Source of the DNA: Nitrospirota bacterium
GTDB lineage: Bacteria > Nitrospirota > UBA9217
Direction of reading: 5' to 3'
Length of the DNA: 64,000 nucleotides
NCBI GenBank assembly: GCA_963749655.1
Contig: CAVVOB010000013.1
Location: 128,001-192,000, forward strand
The position numbers and the translations under genes were made by a program. Positions 1-11,328 of this stretch are shown in pieces (positions within the stretch are counted from its first letter, which is position 1; each line of letters opens with the position of its first letter). The notes beneath the pieces were generated by a model that saw only the letters and a program-made list of their open reading frames with translations, was not told the origin of the DNA and searched no databases.

Positions 1-1
1 C

Positions 2-1153
<1,152 letters not shown>

Positions 1154-1220
1154 GCATTGCGAATTGCGGATTGCGAATTGCGGAATGGAAAGATAGTAAG
1201 GCAATTGCGGATTTCGGATT
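1154..1220. repeat. Heptanucleotide tandem repeat (GRATTGC-like)
   Basis: gcattgc gaattgc ggattgc gaattgc ggaatgg lies directly after the guaB stop. The same family occurs near 43681, 57983 and 59000. Confidence 0.8.
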
Positions 1221-1255
1221 GAACATCGCTGGGCCGACGCCCGGGGAGGACTGTC

Positions 1256-1693
1256 GTGAAAAAGAAGGCCTTGATCATTGCGGGCGTGCTGATTGTCCTG
1301 GCGGCCCTTGCCGGACTGCTGGTCGCCGACGACCTCGGGAACAAGAACAGCAGCGATGCGGTCCTGTATGTTTCGAGCTGCGCCGACTGCACACGCGTCG
1401 TCGTGTCCCGGGATTCGGGCTCCTGCGCCTGCGGCAAGGACCTCGTCGCGATGCATGTTCTGAAGCAGGAGGGGAACGAAGCGGTTCTCTGCGCCTGCGG
1501 CAAGGACTGCAGCTGTACGATCGACGAAAAAAATCCTTTGCAATGCGGCTGCGGAAAGCCGGTCAGGAAAGTCTCGCTGACAGCCGATCAAACCAGCGCC
1601 CCCTGCAAAGGCGGGAGCGAAAACTGCCCGCGTTCTGCAACGGATAAGCCCGTCGGCTGCGGAAAGTGCTCCAAACCCTGCAGGTCGATTTAA
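1256..1693 (+). CDS. Exported Cys-rich putative metal-binding protein
   Basis: GGAGGA RBS, GTG start and hydrophobic N-terminal signal. 15 Cys, several as CxC(G) units. Confidence 0.75.
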   Translation: MKKKALIIAGVLIVLAALAGLLVADDLGNKNSSDAVLYVSSCADCTRVVVSRDSGSCACGKDLVAMHVLKQEGNEAVLCACGKDCSCTIDEKNPLQCGCGKPVRKVSLTADQTSAPCKGGSENCPRSATDKPVGCGKCSKPCRSI

Positions 1694-1722
1694 ATTGTTC
1701 TCCTGTTCAAACCACGATAGCC

Positions 1723-1908
1723 ATGCCGAAAGTCACCAGTATTCGAAGCGCACGCAGTGCGACAAGGAATAAGACGCTGATGGGCCAGGGACCGGACGTT
1801 TTTACTCCCTGCAGCCAGGACATGACCATCTGCGGCGACTGCGAGGGGAACCGGGCGAAGAACGCATGCCCGAGGCTCAAGGAGTGGCTGGCGAAAAGGA
1901 AAGCCTGA
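1723..1908 (+). CDS. Small hypothetical protein with CxxC (61 aa)
   Basis: ATG at 1723, MPKVTSIR...PCSQDMTICGDC...ACPRLKEW. No clear RBS. Confidence 0.45.
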   Translation: MPKVTSIRSARSATRNKTLMGQGPDVFTPCSQDMTICGDCEGNRAKNACPRLKEWLAKRKA

Positions 1909-1992
1909 GCGCTGCCGGGCAAGGAACGTAAAATTGAACACCCTGAGTGTTGCCGGACTCAGGGTTTTTTATTCTGAGAGGCGTTGATCTGC

Positions 1993-4686
1993 ATGAATGT
2001 GGTCCCTAAACATACCAGTGCCGGCAAGAACCGGGAACTGCAGGCAGTTGTCATGCCTGTCGGCTCCGTGCGGATGGAATGGCTGGAAACACGGGAGCGG
2101 ATCGACAAGAGCAGGGAATTGCTGGAGCAGGAAGTCTTCAGGCGGTTCTCGGAAAACCCGGACGGCGCCTTTCTCTTTCTCGGGTTCCGCAGCGCCTCCG
2201 TTTCCCTCTCCCCCTCCCTTGATTTCCTGCGCGGGTTTTGCGGGCTTTTTGCCAGGAAACTGAGCGCTACTCCCAACCTCGAATTCATTCGCCAGGACGT
2301 CTCCGTCCGGCTGAACGATGAGGAGCGGGACTACTGGCTCGCATCGGTGCCCCCCATGACCGGGGCCGAGTATCTGACCAGGGTCGTACTGGACGATCTT
2401 TGGACGCGGCTCCATGCCGAGTTCCGCAACGAGATCCGGCATTACAAGGGGACGGTCGAGGAGTTCATACAACAATACAGCCCCGACGTGCACCTTACCG
2501 GCCGGGTATTCTTTCACCTTGTCGAGAGCAGGAAAAAGGACCTTCCCTTCAGGTTCTTCGCCACCTATTCCACGGGCTTCACCAAGCGGGGCAAATCGAA
2601 GCATCTTCCCCTCAAACATGCACTCGAGGAATACGGCAAAGACGGCAAGGAGCTGATCGACCTGCTTTCGACAGTGCATCGCGCCGCGAAAGAGAGCACC
2701 CTGATCGCGGGACTCCTTAAAAGCGGCGGATTGTTCCGTCACCTCGCATGGACCGCCAGGCAGGCTTACGACTTTCTGCGGGAAATCCCCCTCTACGAGC
2801 AATCGGGCATCCTGTGCCGCATCCCCGGCTGGTGGAAAGGCGCTTCATCGAGCCTCCATCTCAGCATCTCCCTGGGCGACAGCCGGCCTTCCCTGGTGGG
2901 AATGGATGCCCTGCTCAGTTTCGATATCGGGCTCCATATCGAGGATGAACCGATATCCGTCGAGGAGGCGCGCCGCCTGGTCGCGTCGTCCGAGGGGCTT
3001 ACCCTGATCAAAAACCGCTGGATGGCAGTTGACCCCGAGAAGCTGCGCCGGACCCTCGATGCCTATGAAAAAGCGCGCCAGCTGGCCGAGCGCGAGGGGC
3101 TTACGTTCCGCGACGCGCTCCGTCTGCAAATGAACCCCCGTTCCGCCCTGGATCTCGGCAAGCGTGACGCCGCCGTGACGATCACCAGCGGCGAATGGCT
3201 TGAATCGGTCATGGCGAAGATGCGCCATCCCGCCCTGATCGCTTCGGTCGACCCGGCGCCGTCCTTCAAGGCGGAACTGAGGCCCTACCAGGAAAAGGGC
3301 CTGAACTGGCTCGCCTTTCTGCACTCCCTGAATTTCGGCATGTGCCTTGCCGACGACATGGGGCTCGGCAAAACCGTGCAGGTGCTGGCGCTCCTGCATC
3401 TGTCGAAGCACCGGGAAGAGAAGGGGGCCAGCCTGGTCGTGATCCCCGCATCGCTTCTCGCCAACTGGGAGAACGAGATCCTGAAGTTCGCGCCGGACCT
3501 CAGGTACTACACGGCCCATCCTGCGGCCAACGCTTCCGGCGAAGTCGAACCGAAAACGCCTTCTGAGCTGGACGATCTCGACCTCGTGATCACGACCTAC
3601 GCCCGGGTGCAGAAGTACGAGTGGCTCCAGGCATACGACTGGAAGTATGTGGTCCTCGATGAGGCCCAGGCGATCAAGAACCCGGCGACGAAGCAGACCA
3701 GGGCGGTCAAGAAGCTGAAGGCCGCGAACCGGATCGTCATGACCGGCACGCCGGTGGAGAACAGGCTGTCCGACCTCTGGTCGCTCTTCGATTTCATCAA
3801 CCCCGGTCTTCTCGGGACCAGGCAGGAGTTCCGCAAATTTTCCAGAAACCTGGCCACAGACCCCGAGGGCTACGCCAGGCTCAGGAAGATCATCAGCCCC
3901 TATATTCTCAGAAGGCTCAAGACGGACAAGACGGTCATCTCCGATTTGCCGGACAAGGTCGAGATGAAGACGTGGTCGCTGTTAAGCAGGAAGCAGGCGG
4001 CGCTCTACCAGAAGCTGGTGGACGATCTCAGGCAGATCGTGGAGACCGTGGAAGGCATCCAGCGAAAGGGGATCATCCTGAGCTCGCTCATGAAGTTCAA
4101 GCAGCTCTGCAACCACCCGGACCAATACCTCGGCGACGGAGCTTACGAGGAGAGCGAAAGCGGCAAGTTCGGCAGGCTGCGCGAGATCTGCGAGACGATC
4201 CACGAGAAGCGGGAGCGCGTCCTCGTATTCACCCAGTTCCGGGAGATCACGGGCCCGCTCTCGGATTTTTTATCGGGAATATTCAGGCGGCAGGGCCTGG
4301 TGCTGCACGGCGGGACATCCGTGGGCAAGAGAAAAGAGATCGTGGCCAGGTTCCAGGACGAGGAATACGTTCCTTTCATGGTGCTGTCCCTCAAGGCCGG
4401 CGGTCTCGGGCTCAATCTGACGGCGGCTAACCACGTTATTCATTTCGACCGGTGGTGGAACCCCGCGGTCGAGAACCAGGCAACGGACCGCGCGTTCAGG
4501 ATCGGCCAGAAGAAAAAGGTGCTCGTCCACAAGTTCATCTCGAAAGGGACCGTTGAAGAGAAGATCGATCTGATGATCGAGGGGAAATTGAAGCTTTCGA
4601 AAGAGATCATCGAATCGGGCTCCGAGGCATGGATCACGGAGATGAGCAATGAAGAGCTGCTCGGGATGTTTACGCTGACGATATAG
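1993..4686 (+). CDS. SNF2-family (DEAD/DEAH) helicase
   Basis: LRPYQ, LADDMGLGKT, DEAQ, TGTPVEN, LNLTAAN and QATDRAFRIGQ motifs. The start could instead be TTG 1984. Confidence 0.93.
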   Translation: MNVVPKHTSAGKNRELQAVVMPVGSVRMEWLETRERIDKSRELLEQEVFRRFSENPDGAFLFLGFRSASVSLSPSLDFLRGFCGLFARKLSATPNLEFIRQDVSVRLNDEERDYWLASVPPMTGAEYLTRVVLDDLWTRLHAEFRNEIRHYKGTVEEFIQQYSPDVHLTGRVFFHLVESRKKDLPFRFFATYSTGFTKRGKSKHLPLKHALEEYGKDGKELIDLLSTVHRAAKESTLIAGLLKSGGLFRHLAWTARQAYDFLREIPLYEQSGILCRIPGWWKGASSSLHLSISLGDSRPSLVGMDALLSFDIGLHIEDEPISVEEARRLVASSEGLTLIKNRWMAVDPEKLRRTLDAYEKARQLAEREGLTFRDALRLQMNPRSALDLGKRDAAVTITSGEWLESVMAKMRHPALIASVDPAPSFKAELRPYQEKGLNWLAFLHSLNFGMCLADDMGLGKTVQVLALLHLSKHREEKGASLVVIPASLLANWENEILKFAPDLRYYTAHPAANASGEVEPKTPSELDDLDLVITTYARVQKYEWLQAYDWKYVVLDEAQAIKNPATKQTRAVKKLKAANRIVMTGTPVENRLSDLWSLFDFINPGLLGTRQEFRKFSRNLATDPEGYARLRKIISPYILRRLKTDKTVISDLPDKVEMKTWSLLSRKQAALYQKLVDDLRQIVETVEGIQRKGIILSSLMKFKQLCNHPDQYLGDGAYEESESGKFGRLREICETIHEKRERVLVFTQFREITGPLSDFLSGIFRRQGLVLHGGTSVGKRKEIVARFQDEEYVPFMVLSLKAGGLGLNLTAANHVIHFDRWWNPAVENQATDRAFRIGQKKKVLVHKFISKGTVEEKIDLMIEGKLKLSKEIIESGSEAWITEMSNEELLGMFTLTI

Positions 4687-4715
4687 AAGAGCGTTTAAAC
4701 CTGAAAAAATCAGTT

Positions 4716-4846
4716 AACCACTGATGAACACGGATAAACACGGATAAATCAGAAAGTTAAATTGAAACGCTGAATCGCCTGACGGGCAGCGCCGAAATGA
4801 TGGAGGTGTTCCTGACCTTGCTTTCCATCTGTGTCCATCTGTGGTT
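4716..4846. repeat. Palindromic intergenic repeat with 9-10-bp tandem arms
   Basis: aaccactgatgaacacggataaacacggata ... tccatctgtgtccatctgtggtt form inverted arms. A related arm occurs near 32325. Confidence 0.7.
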
Positions 4847-4923
4847 CCAACAGCAGTATTTAAAATGGAACAACACATCTCGGGGCGAGGCTTACGGCTT
4901 CAGGAGTGTGACTGGAATCCTGC

Positions 4924-5874
4924 ATGAAACGTGCGCATCAAAAAGATACACCCGACTTCCCGACCGGCAATCCAACTTTTAATAAAGGCTGCGAATACCG
5001 GGAACAGCTCGGTCCTGATGCCGACGGCCAGGTGCTTCTGGCGTATCTCTCCAAGCGCTACGATCACTCTGATCTCGACGAATGGACAGCGCGTATTGCC
5101 GAGGGCCGCGTTCTGATCGACGACCTGCCCGGTAATGCTGAAACCGTGCTGCGCAAAGGGTCCAGCCTTGTCTGGCAGCGGCCACCCTGGATCGAACCGG
5201 ATGCTCCCCGAACTTTTTCAATTCTCTACGAAGATCATGATCTCCTTGCTGTTGCCAAGCCGGCAGGCTTGCCCACGCTTCCGGGCGCAAACTTTCTGAC
5301 CGCAACGCTCCTCCATCTGGTCCGCTCCTGCGCGCCTGACGCCGCTCCTGTTCACCGCCTGGGGCGCTGGACATCAGGAATCGTGCTCTGCGCCAGAAAC
5401 GGTCAGACCCGCGCTTCGCTGATGGGGCAGTGGTCGAGGAAAGAGGTCGGGAAGCGCTACCGTGCGCTGGCCAGCGGAACGCCGGCATGGGATGAGATGA
5501 CGATTACAACGCCTATCGGCACTGTGCCCCATGCGCTTCTCGGTTCAGTCCATGCAGCAGCCGCTGACGGCAAGCCGTCTGTTTCCCGGGCTATTGTCCT
5601 TGAACGTCGAGAGAATTTTTTCCTTTGTGACGTGCACATTACCACAGGCCGTCCTCATCAGATCAGGATTCACCTGGCCTCAGCAGGTCACCCGCTCGTG
5701 GGCGATCCGCTGTACGGCGCAGGAGGTGTGCCTTTGCAGGATTCCCGCGCAGTGCCCGGCGATCCGGGCTATCACCTTCATGCTGCTGAACTGCGTTTTC
5801 GCCATCCCAGTACCGGGCAAGAGATGGTGATCGAATGCGAGCCCCCTGAGCTGTTGCGGGTGAAGCGGCGTTAA
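4924..5874 (+). CDS. RluA-family pseudouridine synthase
   Basis: KPAGL, HRLGRWTSG (catalytic Asp position appears as Gly), TGRPHQIRIHL and GDPLYG. Confidence 0.88.
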   Translation: MKRAHQKDTPDFPTGNPTFNKGCEYREQLGPDADGQVLLAYLSKRYDHSDLDEWTARIAEGRVLIDDLPGNAETVLRKGSSLVWQRPPWIEPDAPRTFSILYEDHDLLAVAKPAGLPTLPGANFLTATLLHLVRSCAPDAAPVHRLGRWTSGIVLCARNGQTRASLMGQWSRKEVGKRYRALASGTPAWDEMTITTPIGTVPHALLGSVHAAAADGKPSVSRAIVLERRENFFLCDVHITTGRPHQIRIHLASAGHPLVGDPLYGAGGVPLQDSRAVPGDPGYHLHAAELRFRHPSTGQEMVIECEPPELLRVKRR

Positions 5875-5885
5875 CATTTTTGCTT

Positions 5886-5931
5886 CTCACCTTTATCCTC
5901 TCCCAAAGGGGAGAGGGTTGGGTGAGGGGGG
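5886..5931. repeat. Short palindromic repeat (CTCACC..CTCTCCC / GGGAGAGG..GGTGAGG)
   Basis: Inverted arms are visible. A degenerate relative lies near 43830-43880. Confidence 0.6.
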
Positions 5932-6004
5932 GACTTTCCGATGTAACAATATTTACTTCGTTTGCACTAGTTCCGTAAGCTCCCTTACAAAGAACAGGAT
6001 GGAT

Positions 6005-6250
6005 ATGAACGACCAACAGCATAAAGATCCCCTTCACGGTGTCACGCTGGAAATGATTCTTACCCAGCTTGTTGAGCATCATGGGTGGGAGAAGATGGGG
6101 CAGATCATCGACATCAGGTGCTTTAATAATAATCCGAGCATCAAGTCCAGTCTGCAGTTTTTGAGAAGAACTCCCTGGGCGAGGGCGAAGGTTGAGGAAT
6201 TGTATCTGAAGTACAGGAGGAATGCTTTGAAGAAACAGGAGCGCGGTTAA
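6005..6250 (+). CDS. VF530 (DUF2132) family DNA-binding protein
   Basis: DPLHGVTLEMIL...GWE...IRCF..NPSIKSSLQFLRRTPWARAKVEELY signature. Confidence 0.9.
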   Translation: MNDQQHKDPLHGVTLEMILTQLVEHHGWEKMGQIIDIRCFNNNPSIKSSLQFLRRTPWARAKVEELYLKYRRNALKKQERG

Positions 6251-6366
6251 GGCGGTAAGAACTTGACAGCCGTGAAAGCGATTTTTATTCATTTCCAACT
6301 TAAAACTCACCACTCAAAACTAAGAACTCAAACCACCCCATCCCCTGAAAAACCCCGTCGAAATCG

Positions 6367-6395
6367 TTGACATTCGCAGCCATTTGCCCTACTCT
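6367..6395 (+). promoter_or_regulatory. Sigma70-type promoter
   Basis: TTGACA-17nt-TACTCT. Confidence 0.55.
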
Positions 6396-6785
6396 AATCG
6401 CAGAAAATTGCTCCAATAGTTTGCGAATTAAGAACTGAGAATTAAGAATTATAGTGCGAGGAGAACACACTAAGAAGTTTTCCCATCTTGTCGAAAAATC
6501 TCCCGCCGGTTTTCCTTTTCAATTCTATGGCAAGCATAGAAACAACATCCCTTTGAAGTCTAACGATCAACAGTACTCCCGAAGCGTCCTGGGATTATGC
6601 ATCAGATCCCGCGAATTGGACAGCTTCATCGGCCTATCAGAGAAAGACGTACCATTTCTGCTTCTTTTCATGCAAAGATAAATTCGACAAAGACCCGGGC
6701 GCCTATGCTGAAAAGACCAAAAAGGAAGGGAAAGCGGCACAGGAAGCAATGAGGGAAGCCTGTTCAGCGAAGGCGAGGTGAAGCA

Positions 6786-7814
6786 TTGGGCGACACGGAC
6801 GTCAGGGGATATTTGCAAACAGGACAGACAACCTGCCATGACACGGCAGGCCGCGAAGTTCCCTGCACCGGAAGCGGACAGGACGGCGAATTCCGGAAAG
6901 GCATTGCGTGGCTGCGACCTCGATTTGAACAGAAGGACGGAACAGTGCAGGATTGCCTTACCGGGCTCGTCTGGACGCGGAATGCGAACGTCGCCGAATT
7001 CCCCCTGACCTGGCAGGAAGCGCTCGATTTCGTCAAGGAAATGAACCGCAGCAGGACCTTCGGCTTTTCGGACTGGCGTCTTCCCAACCGCCGTGAGCTC
7101 CGGAGTCTCGTGAGCCATCAGACCAAAAATCCCGCGCTGCCGGAGGGGCACCCCTTCGGTAATGCTTTTCCCGGCTGGCGCTGGACATCGACGTCGGCTG
7201 CGATCAACACCGCCTATGCGTGGTATATACATACGGAAGGCGCGCGGATGTTTTACGGCAACAAAGAGCAGTTCTTTCTGCTCTGGCCTGTGCGGGGTGA
7301 GGGAAACGGGGTCCTGCCCGAGACCGGCCAGACAGAGTGCTGCGACGCAGCGGGACGCCCTGTTTCCTGCGCAGGCACGGGCCAGGACGGAGAATACCGT
7401 CTCGGCAAGCCCTGGCCTGCGCAGCGGTTTGAAGTCCTGGAAGATACTGTCATCGATCACATCACTAATCTCTGCTGGCTCAGAACCGTGGATCTTACCG
7501 GCGTGCCAATGACCTGGAAAGGTGCGTTGGAGGCAGTGGCGGCCTTAAATCAACGGTCATTGCGGGAAAAACTCTGGCGCCTGCCGAATATCAATGAGCT
7601 CGAATCCCTGGTGGACTGCAGCAGGCATAGCCCGGCGCTGCCTCCAGGTCATCCGTTCGACCGCGTGCAGGAGGGCTATTGGTCGTCGACAACAAGCATG
7701 TTCGAGCCGGACTGGGCATGGGCGCTGTATCTGACCAAGGGGGCTGTCGGGGTCGGTCAGAAAGGGGGAGCGCATTTCCATGCATGGTCGGTACGCGATG
7801 CAAAGGCTGGTTGA
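6786..7814 (+). CDS. DUF1566 (Lcl domain) protein with two tandem domains
   Basis: Two copies of TGQTxC...GxGQDGE...WP..RF...D..TxLxW...WRLPNxxELxSL...WxST. GAGGTG RBS before TTG. Confidence 0.88.
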   Translation: MGDTDVRGYLQTGQTTCHDTAGREVPCTGSGQDGEFRKGIAWLRPRFEQKDGTVQDCLTGLVWTRNANVAEFPLTWQEALDFVKEMNRSRTFGFSDWRLPNRRELRSLVSHQTKNPALPEGHPFGNAFPGWRWTSTSAAINTAYAWYIHTEGARMFYGNKEQFFLLWPVRGEGNGVLPETGQTECCDAAGRPVSCAGTGQDGEYRLGKPWPAQRFEVLEDTVIDHITNLCWLRTVDLTGVPMTWKGALEAVAALNQRSLREKLWRLPNINELESLVDCSRHSPALPPGHPFDRVQEGYWSSTTSMFEPDWAWALYLTKGAVGVGQKGGAHFHAWSVRDAKAG

Positions 7815-7900
7815 AGGGCCGCTCCCCGGTTGTCCGGCGTAACGGCCCTCTTCGGCAGAGGATTGCTGCGCTCCATCCGGCTGCCCGATAGGCCGGATTA

Positions 7901-8042
7901 TTAGCAGGTTGCTGACAAAGTCGCGTTTTGTCATTACGAAGAGCGATTGTCGCGACGCGGCAATCTCGAAGCGCTTGGCCTCAAGTGGGCGAGATTGCTT
8001 CGCTCGCAAAGACGGCTAAAAGATTTTTTCAGTGGCCCGTTA
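7901..8042. repeat. MITE-like composite palindrome
   Basis: Outer arms tagcaggttgctgacaaagtc / gattttttcagtggcccgtta enclose a gcaatctc...gagattgc hairpin. Confidence 0.55.
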
Positions 8043-8085
8043 GGAATCAAATGTAGAAAAGAAATATTTCTTCCTGAAGTCTGCA

Positions 8086-9181
8086 CAGTAGTGTCCGGTT
8101 AACTTGACCGCACCAGCACCAAAAGGCTTTATTGGCGCGGGTTACAATGCGATTTAGTTTGGTGTCGATTTGAAATCAGTTTACCTTTTCCCCGATTCAA
8201 GTAACTTCCAGAGGGTACATTCTTTGGAGGTGAGCCATGAATCAGGGCAAGACGCTGTTCGCGCAGCTCATGGAGTTCGTGCCATGGACCAGCTTTGCGC
8301 GCATCGTGACTCGATACGGCGGCGATTCCGGCGTACGCGTCTCTTCCCTGCACCGAACAATTTCGCGCGATGGCGTTTGCTCAACTGACGTATCGCGAGA
8401 GTCTGCGCGACATCGAGGCCTGTTTGCTGGCCAACCAGACGAAGCTGTACGGCATGGGATTCCGCTCTCCGGTCAAGCGTTCGACGCTGGCCGATGCCAA
8501 CGAAGGGCGCGATTGGCACATCTGGGCCGACTTGGCGGCGTTGCTGATCAGGCGTGCGCGCAAGCTGTACTGCAACGACAGCTTCGGTATCGAACTGGAC
8601 AACACGGTCTACGCCTTGGATGCCACGACCATTGACCTGTGCCTGTCGTTGTTTCCGTGGGCACCGTTTCGTTCTACCAAGGCTGCGGTCAAATTGCATA
8701 CGCTGCTCGATCTGCGCGGCAACATCCCGACGTTCATTCATATCTCGGACGGCAAGACCCACGAGGTCAATGTGCTGGATATGCTGACCGCGAAGCAGGC
8801 GCGTTCTACGTGATGGATCGCGGTTATCTGGACTTCGGTCGGTTGTTTGCAATGCATCAGGCCGGAGCCTTCTTCGTGACACGCGCCAAGCGCGGCATGG
8901 ATGCGCATCGGGTGTATTCGATGCCGATCGACCGGAACACCGGCATCATCTGCGATCAGCGCATCGTTCTGGACGGGTTCTACGTCTGCAAAGGATTATC
9001 CCGAGCAGTTGCGGCGTATCCGTTTCAAAGACCCGGAATCCGGCAAGACGCTGGTGTTCCTGACAAACAACACCGCGTTGCCGGCATTGACCATTGCCGC
9101 GCTGTACAAAAGCCGCTGGCAGGTCGAGTTGTTCTTCAAGTGGATCAAGCAGCATCTGCGCATCAAGCGTTTCATTGGTAC
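8086..9181 (+). mobile_element. IS4-family insertion sequence remnant, 3' truncated
   Basis: Probable left end cagtagtgtccggttaa at 8086. Transposase similarity stops at IKRFIGT and no right end was seen. Confidence 0.75.
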
Positions 9182-9221
9182 TGTTTTGGCTCAGCGTGAA
9201 CTGGACTTTCAGCCGATTTGA
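8237..9221 (+). pseudogene. IS4 transposase (DUF4372 + DDE) with three frameshifts
   Basis: Pieces join as MNQGKTLFAQL / CTEQFRAMAFAQLTYRESLRDIE..DATTIDL / FYVMDRGY / YKSRWQVELFFKWIKQHL. Shifts fall near 8339, 8790 and 8984. Confidence 0.88.
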
Positions 9222-9224
9222 GCA

Positions 9225-9284
9225 AGGTTGAATGAAATGAAACCCAACAAAGCCGTTGGGTTGCGCTCCGCTTAACCCAACCTA
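9225..9284. repeat. REP-like palindrome (AACCCAAC...GTTGGGTT...AACCCAACCTAC)
   Basis: Inverted arms end in CCTAC (GTAG on the other strand). The left part is degenerate next to the IS4 break. Confidence 0.6.
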
Positions 9285-9346
9285 CGACCTACGAACTGTC
9301 CATGCAAAGAAGTGCATAAAAATTTAATCGCTTATGGAGCCACCGG

Positions 9347-11197
9347 ATGAACAAAAATAAAATTATTCTCCTTCCAACTTTACTGTTGAGTATCATTCTC
9401 GTTTATTCAACTTATGGAGAGGCTCAGAGTACTGAAAGCCTGCCCCAGACAAAAAGTGAGAATGGCCGCTGGGGACTTATTGATCATAGCGGAAAATTTA
9501 TTCTTGAGCCAAAGTATGAAGAAATCAGATTGTTCAGCAATTGGATCGACAACGGCAGGGTGTGGATTAAAACAAACAATAAATGGGGCTTATTTGACCT
9601 TAAGGGAAAAATCATCGTCCCACCCACGTATGATAATGTTTCCAGTATCCAGGCTAATTATGACTATGCAGAGATTACACTGGCAGGCAATCACGGCCTT
9701 ATCACTCAAACGGGCAAGATTCTTGTGGAACTGCAATATTCTTCCTTACGCGTATTCGACGATGGCATGATAGAGGTTCGGACGCATGACGGCAAAAGAG
9801 GTTTTATTAATCAACAGGGTAAGATTATCGCTGCTCCTGTTTACGATCTGGTTCTGGATTATCAAAACCATATTAAGAGAGTGCAAAAGAACCAGCGATG
9901 GGGGTTGATCAAGGATGACGGACGCATCATTGTTCCCACCCTCTATTCGGCAATATCGGAACCGGTAGACAATGTTTCGCGCGTCAACATGAGCGGTAAG
10001 TGCGACTGGGAGGGTTATTGTGAGGGCGGGAAATGGGGTCTGATTGACGTAAAGGGGACGACCATCCTTGAACCCAAATACAATTACATAGACGATTTTC
10101 ATGACGGGCTCGCGACCGTTGTGATAAACGGCAAGTGGGGCTACTTGAATACCAGGGGCAATCTCGCAATAGCTGCAAAATTCGATGCAGCAAATGATTT
10201 CGATAATGGACACGCATCGGTCACCTATCGCGACGAAGCGGGTTACATTGACAGGAGCGGGACCTTTGTCAGGAGCTTTAACGAGAACCACTACGTCGGC
10301 TCAATCGATAACAGGATCGGCTTCTACATGTACTTAACGATGAAAGCAGGCGCTGTTTCAGGGCGATACTTCTATTTAAATCAAAAACGACCGATCACAG
10401 TACAGGGTAAAATCAATCCTGACGGATCGTTCGATTTGGAAGAGAAGTATGAGGGCAAGATCAGCGGAAAATTTCAAGGTACCTTCTCTGCAGCCTTTGA
10501 CAAGGCCGGCGGCGAATGGTTCGCGCCAAAGGGGAAAAAGAAATTACCATTCATTCTGCAGCAGGTGTCCCGGTTTACCGGCATGAACACATTTCGGAAT
10601 GTTCACGGTTTTCTTTATTTTTACCTTGAAAACCCGGAACTCCAGAAGACGGTCAATGCAATGCTCAGCAAGATCACGAAGGGAACTTCGCGTTTTCTTA
10701 TTCAGAGTAAGAACGATTTGGACAACATGGGCTGGCTGCTCGGGACCGAAGAAGAGTCATCGATCAATTCATCCGAATATAACGCAGACTATAAATCAAA
10801 TACGCTGATCAGCATCCATTACACGGATTATATGGAGGGAGGAGCTCACCCGAACACAGCGTACGCTTCGTTAAACCTGCGGTTTAATAATGGCCGGGTC
10901 TATGACATTTCCCTCGATGATCTCTTCCGGCAGGATGCAAATTACCTGCAGGTGATAATGGGTTACTGTGCAAGTAATTTAAAGGAACAAGGGGCCAGTG
11001 ACGCTATAGTAGGCCATATCCCCGCCTTGTCTGAAAAGCTCGACGTCTTTAATATTGAATCCTCAGGGATTAAATTTTCTTTTGCACCCTATCAAGTTGG
11101 TTCATATGCCGAGGGGTCTTATTTTGTTTTAGTTCCGTATAACGTCTTAAAAGGACTGATCAGGCTTGACGGGCCGCTTAAGGATGTCATCAAATAA
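9347..11197 (+). CDS. Secreted WG-repeat protein with C-terminal RsiV/DUF3298-like domain
   Basis: Signal peptide and repeated (K/R)WG(L/Y)I(D/N)xxG units. C-terminus has GGAHPN...SLDDLF...FAPYQVGSYAEG. Visibly more AT-rich than its neighbours. Confidence 0.82.
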   Translation: MNKNKIILLPTLLLSIILVYSTYGEAQSTESLPQTKSENGRWGLIDHSGKFILEPKYEEIRLFSNWIDNGRVWIKTNNKWGLFDLKGKIIVPPTYDNVSSIQANYDYAEITLAGNHGLITQTGKILVELQYSSLRVFDDGMIEVRTHDGKRGFINQQGKIIAAPVYDLVLDYQNHIKRVQKNQRWGLIKDDGRIIVPTLYSAISEPVDNVSRVNMSGKCDWEGYCEGGKWGLIDVKGTTILEPKYNYIDDFHDGLATVVINGKWGYLNTRGNLAIAAKFDAANDFDNGHASVTYRDEAGYIDRSGTFVRSFNENHYVGSIDNRIGFYMYLTMKAGAVSGRYFYLNQKRPITVQGKINPDGSFDLEEKYEGKISGKFQGTFSAAFDKAGGEWFAPKGKKKLPFILQQVSRFTGMNTFRNVHGFLYFYLENPELQKTVNAMLSKITKGTSRFLIQSKNDLDNMGWLLGTEEESSINSSEYNADYKSNTLISIHYTDYMEGGAHPNTAYASLNLRFNNGRVYDISLDDLFRQDANYLQVIMGYCASNLKEQGASDAIVGHIPALSEKLDVFNIESSGIKFSFAPYQVGSYAEGSYFVLVPYNVLKGLIRLDGPLKDVIK

Positions 11198-11328
11198 TGA
11201 TTGCCAGAGACGCAGGCGGGCACGCTGTGTGTGCGTTTCGTGCGTTAAAAGTCGGCAATTTCAACAAAAAGACGGTAGGTGCCTACTACCTGGTAGTTTT
11301 TTTAATCTGAATTTTTCAGGAGGAATCC

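Noticed and set aside
6786-7814. DUF1566 gene as target of a diversity-generating retroelement
   Set aside because: No reverse transcriptase and no near-identical template repeat were seen. The internal duplication is protein-level and diverged.
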